Below, in pieces: positions 1 through 9,057 of a stretch of DNA of 36,874 nucleotides (the first letter of the stretch is position 1; each line of letters starts with the position of its first letter). The DNA lies in the IMG/VR virus record IMGVR_UViG_3300005286_000521, positions 1 to 36,874 of that record. One strand, written 5' to 3'. This stretch comes from a virus. Lineage: Duplodnaviria > Caudoviricetes. The notes beneath the pieces were generated by a model, which made no database searches, was not told the origin of the DNA, and saw only the letters and a list, made by a program, of their open reading frames with translations. The translations under genes and the position numbers were made by a program.

Positions 1-699
1 TTAGGCGTCAGATGTTAGGTATTCCGTATCCCCGAGTGGCTGGGAGTCCTTGAAGGTTTTCACGTGGGTGATTTTTAGATCGTTGAAGATTCGGGGGTGC
101 TCTAACAGGTCCGCTATCGCTGGGTCATCCTCACGCGCATCACTAAGCCAAAGCTCAAGGAACTGGGGATCGTGGGGCAACATGAGCGGGAAGGCTCTGT
201 CGTGATACTTCTCAAACCGTAGATGGGTGTCCCTGGTGATGATCGCCGCGCTGTAGCAGCCGTTGGGGTAGGCTCGATAGACGCAGCCCAAAAGGATTGG
301 CTGATCAGACTCAACCAGGTAATGACGGTTTTTGCCATCAGTCATTTTGCCTTCACCGATACCCGTCGCTATGAATATCCCTCTATGGTGCCGAATGGCG
401 CCTCGCCAGTAGCGGGATTCCAAGTTTCTGGCATTGAAGGTCGTCAGTTTGTTGTTGACCAGTAGCCCATCACCGTCCTCGGTGCAGTCAAACCACCAAG
501 TAGCATCCACGGTGTGGATACCATCCTCACCGCGTATCACCAGGTCATTGAGCTGTTTAGATGCTGCGCCACCGAACGCCGGGTAGAAATGGGCCAAGGT
601 TTCGACGCCACGCCTCAGCATAAGTCCTCCATCACTCAGCAAATCTGCCAGTTCTCGCAACTGCCTGGTGCTCACATGTCGTCTTGCGTAGCCACACAT
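1..699 (-). CDS. SOS response-associated peptidase (SRAP/HMCES-like, abasic-site binding) family protein
   Basis: N-terminal MCG (catalytic Cys2), FNAR motif, HDRAFPL (HxRMP-like) motif; GGGGGAAG RBS upstream. Confidence 0.8.
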   Translation of the reverse strand: MCGYARRHVSTRQLRELADLLSDGGLMLRRGVETLAHFYPAFGGAASKQLNDLVIRGEDGIHTVDATWWFDCTEDGDGLLVNNKLTTFNARNLESRYWRGAIRHHRGIFIATGIGEGKMTDGKNRHYLVESDQPILLGCVYRAYPNGCYSAAIITRDTHLRFEKYHDRAFPLMLPHDPQFLELWLSDAREDDPAIADLLEHPRIFNDLKITHVKTFKDSQPLGDTEYLTSDA

Positions 700-825
700 C
701 CGACTTCCCCCCTTTATAAGCGTTAGAGGAACTTTAGCTCATAGTTGGGACAACCACAGCGCTGTGCTGCTCCTGGTGGTGCTGACAGTCGATTGAGATG
801 CGTTTTGGAAAGTCCTCGCAAAAGG

Positions 826-943
826 CCGGTAGTCGTGACATGAGAATTGCTGCTGGCGTCACTTCCCGCAAGGGAAAGTGGCAGATTTGGGGCAGCTAAA
901 GCGATGGCAAGCTGCTCTGCACTACAGCAACGGAGCAACGCTC
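826..943 (+). promoter_or_regulatory. Structured 5' leader with alternative SD-sequestering hairpins
   Basis: Hairpins 826-856 and 858-882 (GCAA tetraloop); 889-896/911-918 competes with 913-919/931-937, which buries the GGAG at 932-935. Confidence 0.5.
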
Positions 944-1096
944 ATGAAAATGTTACAAGACGCGCGATATTTAATGGTCACCCTCGGAATGGCTAAGGAT
1001 CTGCCACACGATGCGATGATCATCACCCTGTTCATCGTATTGGCATTCGTGGTCACGACGGGGATTGTCGAAATCATCAACGCCATCAAACGGTAG
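944..1096 (+). CDS. Small single-TM membrane peptide (50 aa), type I toxin-like
   Basis: GGAG 8 nt before ATG 944; hydrophobic stretch MIITLFIVLAFVVTTGIVEII, basic C-terminus KR. Confidence 0.55.
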   Translation: MKMLQDARYLMVTLGMAKDLPHDAMIITLFIVLAFVVTTGIVEIINAIKR

Positions 1097-1105
1097 CTAA
1101 CCTGG

Positions 1106-1366
1106 TTACTGTTCAGCTAACCGGAAAACGGTGATAACCGTCTCCGGTGGCTGGACGACGAACACGGTTTTGCAAGGTGTCATCAGGATGTATCGCCCGA
1201 CGGGCTGGCGGCGGCGGTAGCGTTCGGCAGACCGTGGGCATAGTGATTGTATTTTTTTAAAGAGCTTGCCCTTACCGATGCGGCGGGCGTTGCACCAGAG
1301 GCGCTGAATGTCTTCGTCGGGGAAGCGCTCTGCGACGCGCTGCTGGGCGTGTGGGGTGAGACGCAT
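1106..1366 (-). CDS. Hypothetical protein, DUF4258/BECR (RelE-like) fold candidate
   Basis: MRLTPHAQQRVAER start and C-terminal VFVV...VITV strands; directly follows the tail fibre gene. Confidence 0.6.
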   Translation of the reverse strand: MRLTPHAQQRVAERFPDEDIQRLWCNARRIGKGKLFKKIQSLCPRSAERYRRRQPVGRYILMTPCKTVFVVQPPETVITVFRLAEQ

Positions 1367-1372
1367 TGCGCA

Positions 1373-2161
1373 TCAAACCCCGCCGACTCTAATCATTTGT
1401 AAACGAGTCGTTTGATTGTTGGCGATTGATACGTCTGGCACGCCCATGTCATGCCGCGCATATAGCTCAAAATAATCAGTACCGTTAGCCTCTACGAGAC
1501 CTACCGTCTCACAAGAGTTCGTGAATTGATCCTGGGTGGCCTCAACATACGATTTAAACACCTCGCCATTTTTGTATAGATACACGACCAGGCGTTTGCC
1601 CGTGGGTGGAGTCCCTTTGACAAATCCCGCAGAGGCGATAAATTGATATATGCCCGCAACTGTAGGGGTAAATCGACCCGTCACTGCATCAAAAAAATCT
1701 CCGTAATCAAACTCCTCTGTATCCAAGTTGACCTTATCAATAACGCCGCTCACTATCGGCTGCGACAGTGATAATGTTGCAGATGCTGCGATCACACCCC
1801 GACCGATAAGATAAACCCAACTGGAACCGGTGTACTCATAAGTGGCAGCTTCGTCATCCACATACGCACGCCAGCCGCCCTTGGGGGCGTAAAACTCCCA
1901 ACCTGGTGCACCAACACCTACATCAAAATATCGCGCTAATTTACCCGCATGCGTTGCCCAGGCACCCGTGGGTGCCGGGCCGACGATATACATATCACCA
2001 TTTACCGGTGCGCCTGGTGGTGCTGTTAAATCCTTGTCCTTAACGCGACACTGAATCAGTCCATCCAGCCCGCGCCACTGTTTCATGAGCGCTGTGTAAT
2101 GTTGCTCGCGCGGGTCACCGTCAACCAGCAAACCGGTGTTGACTCCATAGGCTAATGTCAT
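1373..2161 (-). CDS. Tail fibre/receptor-binding protein (DUF2793-like N-terminus, C1q-like C-terminal domain)
   Basis: PPGAPVNGDMYIV...GAWA...GKLA...W.FY.P..GW motif; FDAVTGRFTPTVAGIYQF C1q-like motif; ATGA overlap with the upstream gene fixes the start at 2161. Confidence 0.8.
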   Translation of the reverse strand: MTLAYGVNTGLLVDGDPREQHYTALMKQWRGLDGLIQCRVKDKDLTAPPGAPVNGDMYIVGPAPTGAWATHAGKLARYFDVGVGAPGWEFYAPKGGWRAYVDDEAATYEYTGSSWVYLIGRGVIAASATLSLSQPIVSGVIDKVNLDTEEFDYGDFFDAVTGRFTPTVAGIYQFIASAGFVKGTPPTGKRLVVYLYKNGEVFKSYVEATQDQFTNSCETVGLVEANGTDYFELYARHDMGVPDVSIANNQTTRLQMIRVGGV

Positions 2162-4725
2162 GGTTCTTGCCCTCCTAAACTCTCGCCTAATTGATAGCCC
2201 AGGCCATACTGCACAACCGTCACGTCGTGCTGCTGCCAGCTGTTGAACCCGTCGCGCTGTGCATCCACGATGATGCGTGGAGACGTGATAAATCCGTCTG
2301 CGATGCAATCGGCTACGGGGTAGATTTGTGTGGTTGACGTAATGCCGCTGTAGGCTCGAACCAGCGTTAACCCGTTGTAGATGTGAACGCGAGTGGTCGC
2401 TCCGGCTTCGGCGGTGATGGATGATTGATCTGCGTCAATTAGCGCATCACCTTGAGTGATACGGTTGCGAGTTGCCCACGTGATAGTTAATTCGCCTGAG
2501 ACGTTTTGGGGGTAGTCGCTGCCGTTGATTTGAAGATTACCGGGTGCGTAGGGGCGCACAGCGCGTGAATCCAGAATAATCGAATCTTCTTCCGCCATCG
2601 CTACTGGCAGCACGCCGGAACCCGCACGACTCAGCAACCGCACATCCACACTGTCGCTATCCTGGTATTGCGTTGCATCGGTTGCCATGTAGTCGCCGGC
2701 ATAAAACCAGATACGAGTGCCTGCCGGATGAAACGCAGCCACACTGTCACCACAGCCACGTGCCAATGTCACGCTGGAGCCGTCCGGGTTGAAACCCACT
2801 ACGCGCATCCATTCACCGCCACACAGTGCGGCGGTACCCACCTCTATCGAATCGAAATCTATGGCACTGTTGATGGTCGCCACATAGGATTCGTTCGTGG
2901 GCGGCATATCGTCAGTCAGTAATGCCGTGGGACAAAATTCGTCTTCATCGGCGTCGACATATTCGTTGCTACCGACGCGCGTTTGCATGATGTAGTCCAG
3001 GGAGAGACTGGTAGGACGCTCGGCCAGCGTAGCAATGTAGCCAGCGGGTTCCGGCAGCGCGGCGGCATCCATTGCCACCGCCAATTCGCGGTACGGCAAC
3101 TCAATAACGCGACGCTGAGTGACGGGGGTCGGTTGGGTCGATGGCGGTGTCCAGGTTGGGGGCTGGATTTGCACATAGCTGGTGGACGGTAAACCGAACA
3201 CATCTTGCACGGCATCAACAACAATAGTGCCCGCTGCGCGATTGCCACCTTCAACGCGGCCAGCACGCAATACGATTTGCTCTATGCCATGCTCTGGTGC
3301 GCTGATGCGGAATACGCTGCCTGGCAGCAGCTCGTGAGCGCGACGATCCAGTCGAGGACGCATGCGCTTAACCCCGGTATTGCGCGCACGCAATTCGCGC
3401 TGGGCGAGTCGTACCGCGAGCTCCGGTGTAGGTACGCCAGGGTAATTTAACGTTTGCGGTTGCACGTTGCCGGCGCCATGGATCGATGCGAGATTGTCGA
3501 CGCGCACGCTGCCGTCGGTGTTGGTGATCGGATCGCGGTAATTCACGATGACGGTGTTCGCACTCACCACGGTTGCTGATGATTCGTCGTCATCAAGAGC
3601 CAGCAACCCACTATCGAAATCGAACAGCGGCAATTCATCAACCACGTAATCATTGCGGATAAGTTTCAGCTCAAACTTGCCGGTCCGTGGATCGAGATAA
3701 ACATTGCCGCCGATGTGATTGACAACCTCATCAATAAATTCGCGGACGCTGGCTTGCCGCGTCCAGCGCAGACACATGCCAAAGCCTTCAGCAAACAACG
3801 TATCGGCGGCGGCGGTCCAGCTGGTACCCATCAAGCTGCTCGGAATACCGCGCCCCCATTGGCGGTTGGTGTGCGCTTCGTAAAGGATATGCGCCGGGTT
3901 CATCGCTTTGATGGTATTGCTTGCGAGCCAGATCACCGCCTTTTCCGGGTACCACACGATGCCATCTTGCCAACCACTTAACACCCGACGCACGCGGTAT
4001 TTCCACGGCTTCGGGTACGGGTTCATCGAACACACCAGGCCATCAAAAAACGTGGTGAATTTGCCGCGATAGGCGGGTGTGAGTGGACCAGTCATGGCAG
4101 CCAGGCGCGGATTAACTTCTTGATCCGGCTCACCAAACATTAAATCCAATTGACCGGCAACGCCTCCTTCGCCTTTATCGCCGCCAAAAATCTTTGATGC
4201 CTTGATCTGGATCGACATGCTTTCCGTGATCTGATACGGCCACTCGATCTGATCCTCTTTCTCGTACTCATAGGCTTCACGTGCGAGTGCCGGCATGGGT
4301 GGGCGAGACCCAGAATCGCGCCAGGCTTGCAGCGCATTGATGCTCGCCAGACTCGGCCCGCCGGTCGCAGCGGGGTTGTATTTCCACACGGTACGATCTG
4401 CGACTTTAATCTCAACGACTTCATCGACCGGGCCGCGCGATATTCCCGCATGCACACCAAAATAATAGTGATAGCCAACGGTTTGTTTACCGCCGAATAA
4501 TCCGCCGCCTTTTTTGATAGCGCGCTGGCGGTAATTACCCAACCCGTTAACAAACCAATCCTCCACCCAGCAATCACCGAACACGACACACTGCGGCGTG
4601 CCTTCTTCCGCCGTCGGGAAATCAAAATCCTCAAACGCTGCCGGTTTCGGGCGCTGGGGTTTTGCTTGCGTCGCGTAGCTAATTAACAGCATTACGACCA
4701 AGCGGAATACCAATGGCCAAATCAT
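2158..4725 (-). CDS. Tail tip/central tail (host-specificity) protein
   Basis: 855 aa; MNPYPKPW, MNPAHILYE, PGSVFRI motifs of D3112/B3-like tail tip proteins; position after the BR0599-like gene. Confidence 0.85.
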   Translation of the reverse strand: MIWPLVFRLVVMLLISYATQAKPQRPKPAAFEDFDFPTAEEGTPQCVVFGDCWVEDWFVNGLGNYRQRAIKKGGGLFGGKQTVGYHYYFGVHAGISRGPVDEVVEIKVADRTVWKYNPAATGGPSLASINALQAWRDSGSRPPMPALAREAYEYEKEDQIEWPYQITESMSIQIKASKIFGGDKGEGGVAGQLDLMFGEPDQEVNPRLAAMTGPLTPAYRGKFTTFFDGLVCSMNPYPKPWKYRVRRVLSGWQDGIVWYPEKAVIWLASNTIKAMNPAHILYEAHTNRQWGRGIPSSLMGTSWTAAADTLFAEGFGMCLRWTRQASVREFIDEVVNHIGGNVYLDPRTGKFELKLIRNDYVVDELPLFDFDSGLLALDDDESSATVVSANTVIVNYRDPITNTDGSVRVDNLASIHGAGNVQPQTLNYPGVPTPELAVRLAQRELRARNTGVKRMRPRLDRRAHELLPGSVFRISAPEHGIEQIVLRAGRVEGGNRAAGTIVVDAVQDVFGLPSTSYVQIQPPTWTPPSTQPTPVTQRRVIELPYRELAVAMDAAALPEPAGYIATLAERPTSLSLDYIMQTRVGSNEYVDADEDEFCPTALLTDDMPPTNESYVATINSAIDFDSIEVGTAALCGGEWMRVVGFNPDGSSVTLARGCGDSVAAFHPAGTRIWFYAGDYMATDATQYQDSDSVDVRLLSRAGSGVLPVAMAEEDSIILDSRAVRPYAPGNLQINGSDYPQNVSGELTITWATRNRITQGDALIDADQSSITAEAGATTRVHIYNGLTLVRAYSGITSTTQIYPVADCIADGFITSPRIIVDAQRDGFNSWQQHDVTVVQYGLGYQLGESLGGQEP

Positions 4726-4727
4726 GG

Positions 4728-5543
4728 TTAAAACACCGGGTTGCCGTCGAAGGGTGAGCGATCAGGACGATGCGGATCGCCACCGTAGTTTTCGATATTG
4801 TTGAATTTGTCGTTGCAGACTTGCGCCGTGCGAGCGCAACCGGGGTATGCCGTGACGGTCGCACCTGGTGGTAAACCGGTGGTGCCGCCGAACATCGCCG
4901 CTGATGAACCAATGTGCGATTCGATACCACGCCGCTCATACAACGCTGGCCCGATTGGCCACTCGATGTAACCACCGTTGAAATAGCGATCCGGGAAGCT
5001 CGCGAATTCGCCCACTTCAATACTGCCTGCGTTGAGCGAATCAATAACGGCCTCCACGGCATACAGGTCGCGATTAACGCGGCAGTCCGTGTCATACAAT
5101 GAGTACGGGCAATTGCGTCCCCACACGAGGCGCAAGCCTGGTTGCTCAAAACTGGCGGCGATGGATTGGCAGGTAATCTTGCAGCGGTCAATTGCGGGCC
5201 AATTAACACCGTAGATGCTGCCCATCCACGAAATTTGCGCATCACTCTCGCCGTAGTGTGTATCGCGAACCGTCACAAAAACTTCTGTCGTCGGCGCGAT
5301 GCCGCGATAGAGTTGCGCGGGTGCAAGATCCGCCGGTGCTGTAATTTCAAACGCATCGGCATCCGGGTCGCCACTGTCACGAATACCTGCATCAGAAATT
5401 TGCAAACTGCGATAGGTAACCGTTTCAAACGTGATATCGCGGTCGGCGTCGGTGTAGCCCCAACGGGTCAGACCGCGCTCAAATAAATAGAGGCGGATCG
5501 GTTGACCGTCGGCGAGTGAGTTTTCGCGAGCGCTAAAGGTCAT
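4728..5543 (-). CDS. Phage BR0599-family (DUF2163) tail/baseplate hub protein
   Basis: CPYSLYDTDC and PGCARTAQVCNDKFNNIENYGG Cys cluster. Confidence 0.85.
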   Translation of the reverse strand: MTFSARENSLADGQPIRLYLFERGLTRWGYTDADRDITFETVTYRSLQISDAGIRDSGDPDADAFEITAPADLAPAQLYRGIAPTTEVFVTVRDTHYGESDAQISWMGSIYGVNWPAIDRCKITCQSIAASFEQPGLRLVWGRNCPYSLYDTDCRVNRDLYAVEAVIDSLNAGSIEVGEFASFPDRYFNGGYIEWPIGPALYERRGIESHIGSSAAMFGGTTGLPPGATVTAYPGCARTAQVCNDKFNNIENYGGDPHRPDRSPFDGNPVF

Positions 5544-7233
5544 CGTCACGCACCCCTCGGAAAACTAATTGTGCAGTGGCGATGCCGTCACCATCATGCA
5601 TGTGATTGATCTCCAGGTTGTCGCTGTCACTACGCATCAATTGCACAAACGAAATACGCATCACATCGCTCGGCGCGACGGTCATGCCTAGGGCGGTGTC
5701 AATAGCCAGCCGCTCAACACTGGAACTGATTTCTGCTGCGCCGGTAATGCGGCGATAAAACACCGTGCCGTCGTGCAGCCAAATGCGAATATCACGACGG
5801 CCCACTTTTGCCTGGCCAAATCGCGTGTAGCCAATCGCGCGGATATCGATCACCGTCGCCACAGTGGTCACAGTTGCCACAAGCGTTAAATCATCGGCGT
5901 GTGTTGGCAACCACAGTGGCTTTTGTCGGCCACGCAGCGCGTAAAACAATGAGCGGAATGCAGCTCGCTCAGCACGGCCATACAGCAACCAGCGATGTTG
6001 TTGCACGGGCATGGCCTTACCGGAGGTGTCCGTCAACAACGGAATGCCGGAGCCGTTATCGAGCAGCAATGTGAGTGATGCAAAACTGGACGTGAGATCT
6101 TGAGACTCTTCCGGTACCTGGTCGTAAACCGGATAGCCTTGATACGTGAGCGCAGGGAAAACTGACGGCCAATCGCACGGTTCGGCGATTTCAAAACTGA
6201 TGGCCACGCGCTGGGCCATGTCAGTCAGTCGCGCTCGCTCGGCTTGCGTAATGCGCGCAGTGCGCACCGGATATAACCGCGTACCGATTGGCCAATTGTT
6301 CTGTAGCGGGCGTTTCAGCATGATGCTGTTGTCATTAAATGATTCGATTTCCACCGTCTCATACTGAAATGCATTTTCACTGCGGAGCATGGCCAGGCCA
6401 TTTGCTCTGAAATCGCGATCAACGGTATCGCACGGAATAACAATGTCATCGGTAGCAACACCGACTGTCAAATGTTGGATATCCGGGAAAAACGGTACGG
6501 CCCAAATGCGGGAGCCCCAACCAAAAAGCGCGAGGTCGAATGCCTGGCGTTCGGCACCATCAATAATAAAATCACCGGAGAGTTCGCGACGCGGTGCCAG
6601 TCGCAATGCACGGCGTTGTTCAACACCGCGCGGGCTCTGCAAAATGTCGGTAGCAAAAATTAATCGCTCGCGTACACCGTTTTCCCAATCTGGTACCCAG
6701 GCGAATGCGGTGATCCGATTGCCTGTAATGATTAACGCGGCAATGTCTCCGTTATTGAAAACCCATTGGAGTGTTGTGTTCAGGACCGCTGGGCCATCTG
6801 GCGTGACAGCGACTTGCCACTCACGTACCTGCAACGCATTGAAACTCAACGGCGGCTCGGACTGGCCTGATAGTTCAACGCCTCCCACTACTCCCTCAAT
6901 TGCTGCGAGCGGCACAGCAGTGAAGTACGAGTTCCACACTGTAACCGCTTGTGTTTGTGTACTGATGATATTGCCGAGACCCAGGAGGGGCGGACTCACA
7001 TGGATCCGATGGTAAAAGTCATCACTATAACTACCACTAGCGAAGCCGTTGATTCCCGAACCATTAGCTTCCACCGGCCATTGCGCCATAGCGTATCCAA
7101 GGACATCATTATCGCGCAACGATGAGTGGTATGGGTACCACTCATTCGCAAATCCACGCATTGCAACAGATGTATACGGATTGGCGATGCCACCTTGCGC
7201 TCCCTCCGTTAAAAAACCATTGATGACAGCCAC
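5533..7233 (-). CDS. Virion structural (distal tail-associated) protein
   Basis: About 566 aa; DDFYHRIH, EQRRALR, LRGRQKPLWLP motifs; synteny in the tail module; GTG start 2 nt after the previous stop. Confidence 0.75.
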   Translation of the reverse strand: MAVINGFLTEGAQGGIANPYTSVAMRGFANEWYPYHSSLRDNDVLGYAMAQWPVEANGSGINGFASGSYSDDFYHRIHVSPPLLGLGNIISTQTQAVTVWNSYFTAVPLAAIEGVVGGVELSGQSEPPLSFNALQVREWQVAVTPDGPAVLNTTLQWVFNNGDIAALIITGNRITAFAWVPDWENGVRERLIFATDILQSPRGVEQRRALRLAPRRELSGDFIIDGAERQAFDLALFGWGSRIWAVPFFPDIQHLTVGVATDDIVIPCDTVDRDFRANGLAMLRSENAFQYETVEIESFNDNSIMLKRPLQNNWPIGTRLYPVRTARITQAERARLTDMAQRVAISFEIAEPCDWPSVFPALTYQGYPVYDQVPEESQDLTSSFASLTLLLDNGSGIPLLTDTSGKAMPVQQHRWLLYGRAERAAFRSLFYALRGRQKPLWLPTHADDLTLVATVTTVATVIDIRAIGYTRFGQAKVGRRDIRIWLHDGTVFYRRITGAAEISSSVERLAIDTALGMTVAPSDVMRISFVQLMRSDSDNLEINHMHDGDGIATAQLVFRGVRDDDL

Positions 7234-7235
7234 TA

Positions 7236-8201
7236 TTACACTCCATCGTACTTTATGGCCCAACCGAACGTGCCACTATGGTCAATTCCATCGCCTCCAT
7301 TGCGATTGTCTGAATTTTTTTTATACCAAGGGTAAATCACCCACCGATCCCCTCCCAAGGTCAGGATCTGTCCAGGTACATAATTGTCGACACGGAGATA
7401 ACGGGCGTTACGCACCTCGACAACAGGAGTACTTTTTTGCGATGACTGCCAGACGAACGCGTGGATGGGTAGTAGAACTGCCTCGGCATTGTAAGTATTA
7501 GGCTGTGTGTCCAATAAGTTTGATACTGGGAGTATTGCGTTGAAGGCATCTGTTGCGATCACCGTGGATCCAAATGCGTTGACATTACCAGCCCAGTCTC
7601 TACCGTTGAGAGAGTGTTGAATTGTACAGTTATTTGTGCGGCTAGGGATCGTTGCGTCAGACCGCGTCTGCCAGAACAACGCACCAGAACTATAGGAGCT
7701 AGTACTTTGAGAGCCTCCCCCGCTGGAACTTATGGCTAGTCCACCACCGGAGCCGCCACCCCCTCCAGTACGTGAGGTAGCTCCCAGCCATAACCCTGTA
7801 CCAGGCAGTCCGGGATTATCTGAGACGCCAAATGCCATCCACCAGTAACATTCAACATTAAAATTTGCAACCACAAAAACTTCGTCTGGATTGTTAAAAA
7901 TAAATATATTGTATGTCATTGGCCACGACTCAACGCCGATGGTTGGGTGCGGCCTTCCAAAGCGCGGGCGAGTGGTGGATGGAAGCACCAGATCTCCATC
8001 ATTCAATCCTGTCCCACCTTGCATGATAATCCCTGGTCCCAAAGTAGAATCGCTACTGTTATTGATGGTCGCTCTTACATACGCAACACCTTTTGAGATA
8101 GTGTCACCATCTTCCTGGACCCAGCCCTCATTTACACACGCGGAAAATAATGCAGCGCGCAGGTCAGCAAAACTATTGGCAATACCGTTATAAAATGGCA
8201 T
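7236..8201 (-). CDS. Virion structural tail protein
   Basis: 321 aa, C-terminal HSGTFGWAIKYDG as in D3112-like tail proteins; coupled to the upstream stop. Confidence 0.75.
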   Translation of the reverse strand: MPFYNGIANSFADLRAALFSACVNEGWVQEDGDTISKGVAYVRATINNSSDSTLGPGIIMQGGTGLNDGDLVLPSTTRPRFGRPHPTIGVESWPMTYNIFIFNNPDEVFVVANFNVECYWWMAFGVSDNPGLPGTGLWLGATSRTGGGGGSGGGLAISSSGGGSQSTSSYSSGALFWQTRSDATIPSRTNNCTIQHSLNGRDWAGNVNAFGSTVIATDAFNAILPVSNLLDTQPNTYNAEAVLLPIHAFVWQSSQKSTPVVEVRNARYLRVDNYVPGQILTLGGDRWVIYPWYKKNSDNRNGGDGIDHSGTFGWAIKYDGV

Positions 8202-9055
8202 CAGTCATCTAACCTCATCGCGTAATAATCAATAAACCCAGTCCGTGATACATCCTGGATGACAACATAACTCTCGCTGTTGATCTCGAGCGTATTCTCT
8301 ACCGCGTTGTTAAAACCGCTGATGTAGCTAATGCCATCCAACTCACCATAAATATTGCCGCTACCGGTTAACATCACTTTATGCAGTGAATAGTATCCCT
8401 CAACATCTCTTAACTCAGATTGCTGAGTACTGGTTCCCTGCCGAGCGATATAGACGTTGTTCCATGGCCATGCACTTGGCTGGATCCATGAGCCAGTGTT
8501 AAATCTCATCAGGAAGTTTCCTCTTGAGCCTTTATAGGGGATCGAATGCGTGACATCACTGAAACGTGTGGCTGGCTCACCGCTTAACATACCGGCGCAA
8601 ACAATTGGTAGTGGAAACTGTCCAGGTGACGCATATGGTAAAAATTTACCTACATATGCCGACTCATAAACCGGCGTGCCGACCTTCATCGCAAGCGCAA
8701 TGCGTTGCGGGTTTAACGTGAGCCAATAATCGATGCGGTTGTTGTGCGCGGGGATTCCGCTGAGCATTGCACCAGGTTGGGTTTCAAAACTGTTGCCCGG
8801 CACATAGCCAATAAAGGCGGCCACGGTCATGTTGTAATAATCCGCACCAGCGTTTTGATAACAGCGGAAGCCCATATAAATTTCTTCCGTACCACTGAAA
8901 CCCGGTGCCATCATTATCAGCTCGCGATTAGCAATAGCTGTGTCATAACGCAGAATTGTGTAGCCGTTCGCCTCGGCAAACGTCTTGATCTTGTCGAGCA
9001 TCATGTAATGCGCGAGCGTGCCAGCGTTTTCTACAAAACCTATTTCGTGTGGCAT
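8201..9055 (-). CDS. Virion structural tail protein
   Basis: 284 aa immediately after the tape measure; GELDGISYISGFNNAVEN motif. Confidence 0.75.
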   Translation of the reverse strand: MPHEIGFVENAGTLAHYMMLDKIKTFAEANGYTILRYDTAIANRELIMMAPGFSGTEEIYMGFRCYQNAGADYYNMTVAAFIGYVPGNSFETQPGAMLSGIPAHNNRIDYWLTLNPQRIALAMKVGTPVYESAYVGKFLPYASPGQFPLPIVCAGMLSGEPATRFSDVTHSIPYKGSRGNFLMRFNTGSWIQPSAWPWNNVYIARQGTSTQQSELRDVEGYYSLHKVMLTGSGNIYGELDGISYISGFNNAVENTLEINSESYVVIQDVSRTGFIDYYAMRLDD

Positions 9056-9057
9056 AG

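Noticed and set aside
773-788. CTG-N10-CAG (CTGGTGGTGCTGACAG) as a LexA box between SRAP and the peptide gene
   Set aside because: Lacks the CTGT half-site and the AT-rich spacer; likely chance
858-950. c-di-GMP-I or fluoride riboswitch (GNRA hairpin, CTAA..ATGG, GCGATGG)
   Set aside because: Conserved cores (GGCAAAC/GACGCAAAG; GGYGAUGG.GUUC.CC with pseudoknot) cannot be matched; kept only as an unnamed structured leader
2162-2308. ORF-track N-terminal extensions (e.g. starts at 2308, 17503, 25200, 33455, 35937)
   Set aside because: They overlap neighbouring genes or promoters; downstream starts have an RBS or translational coupling
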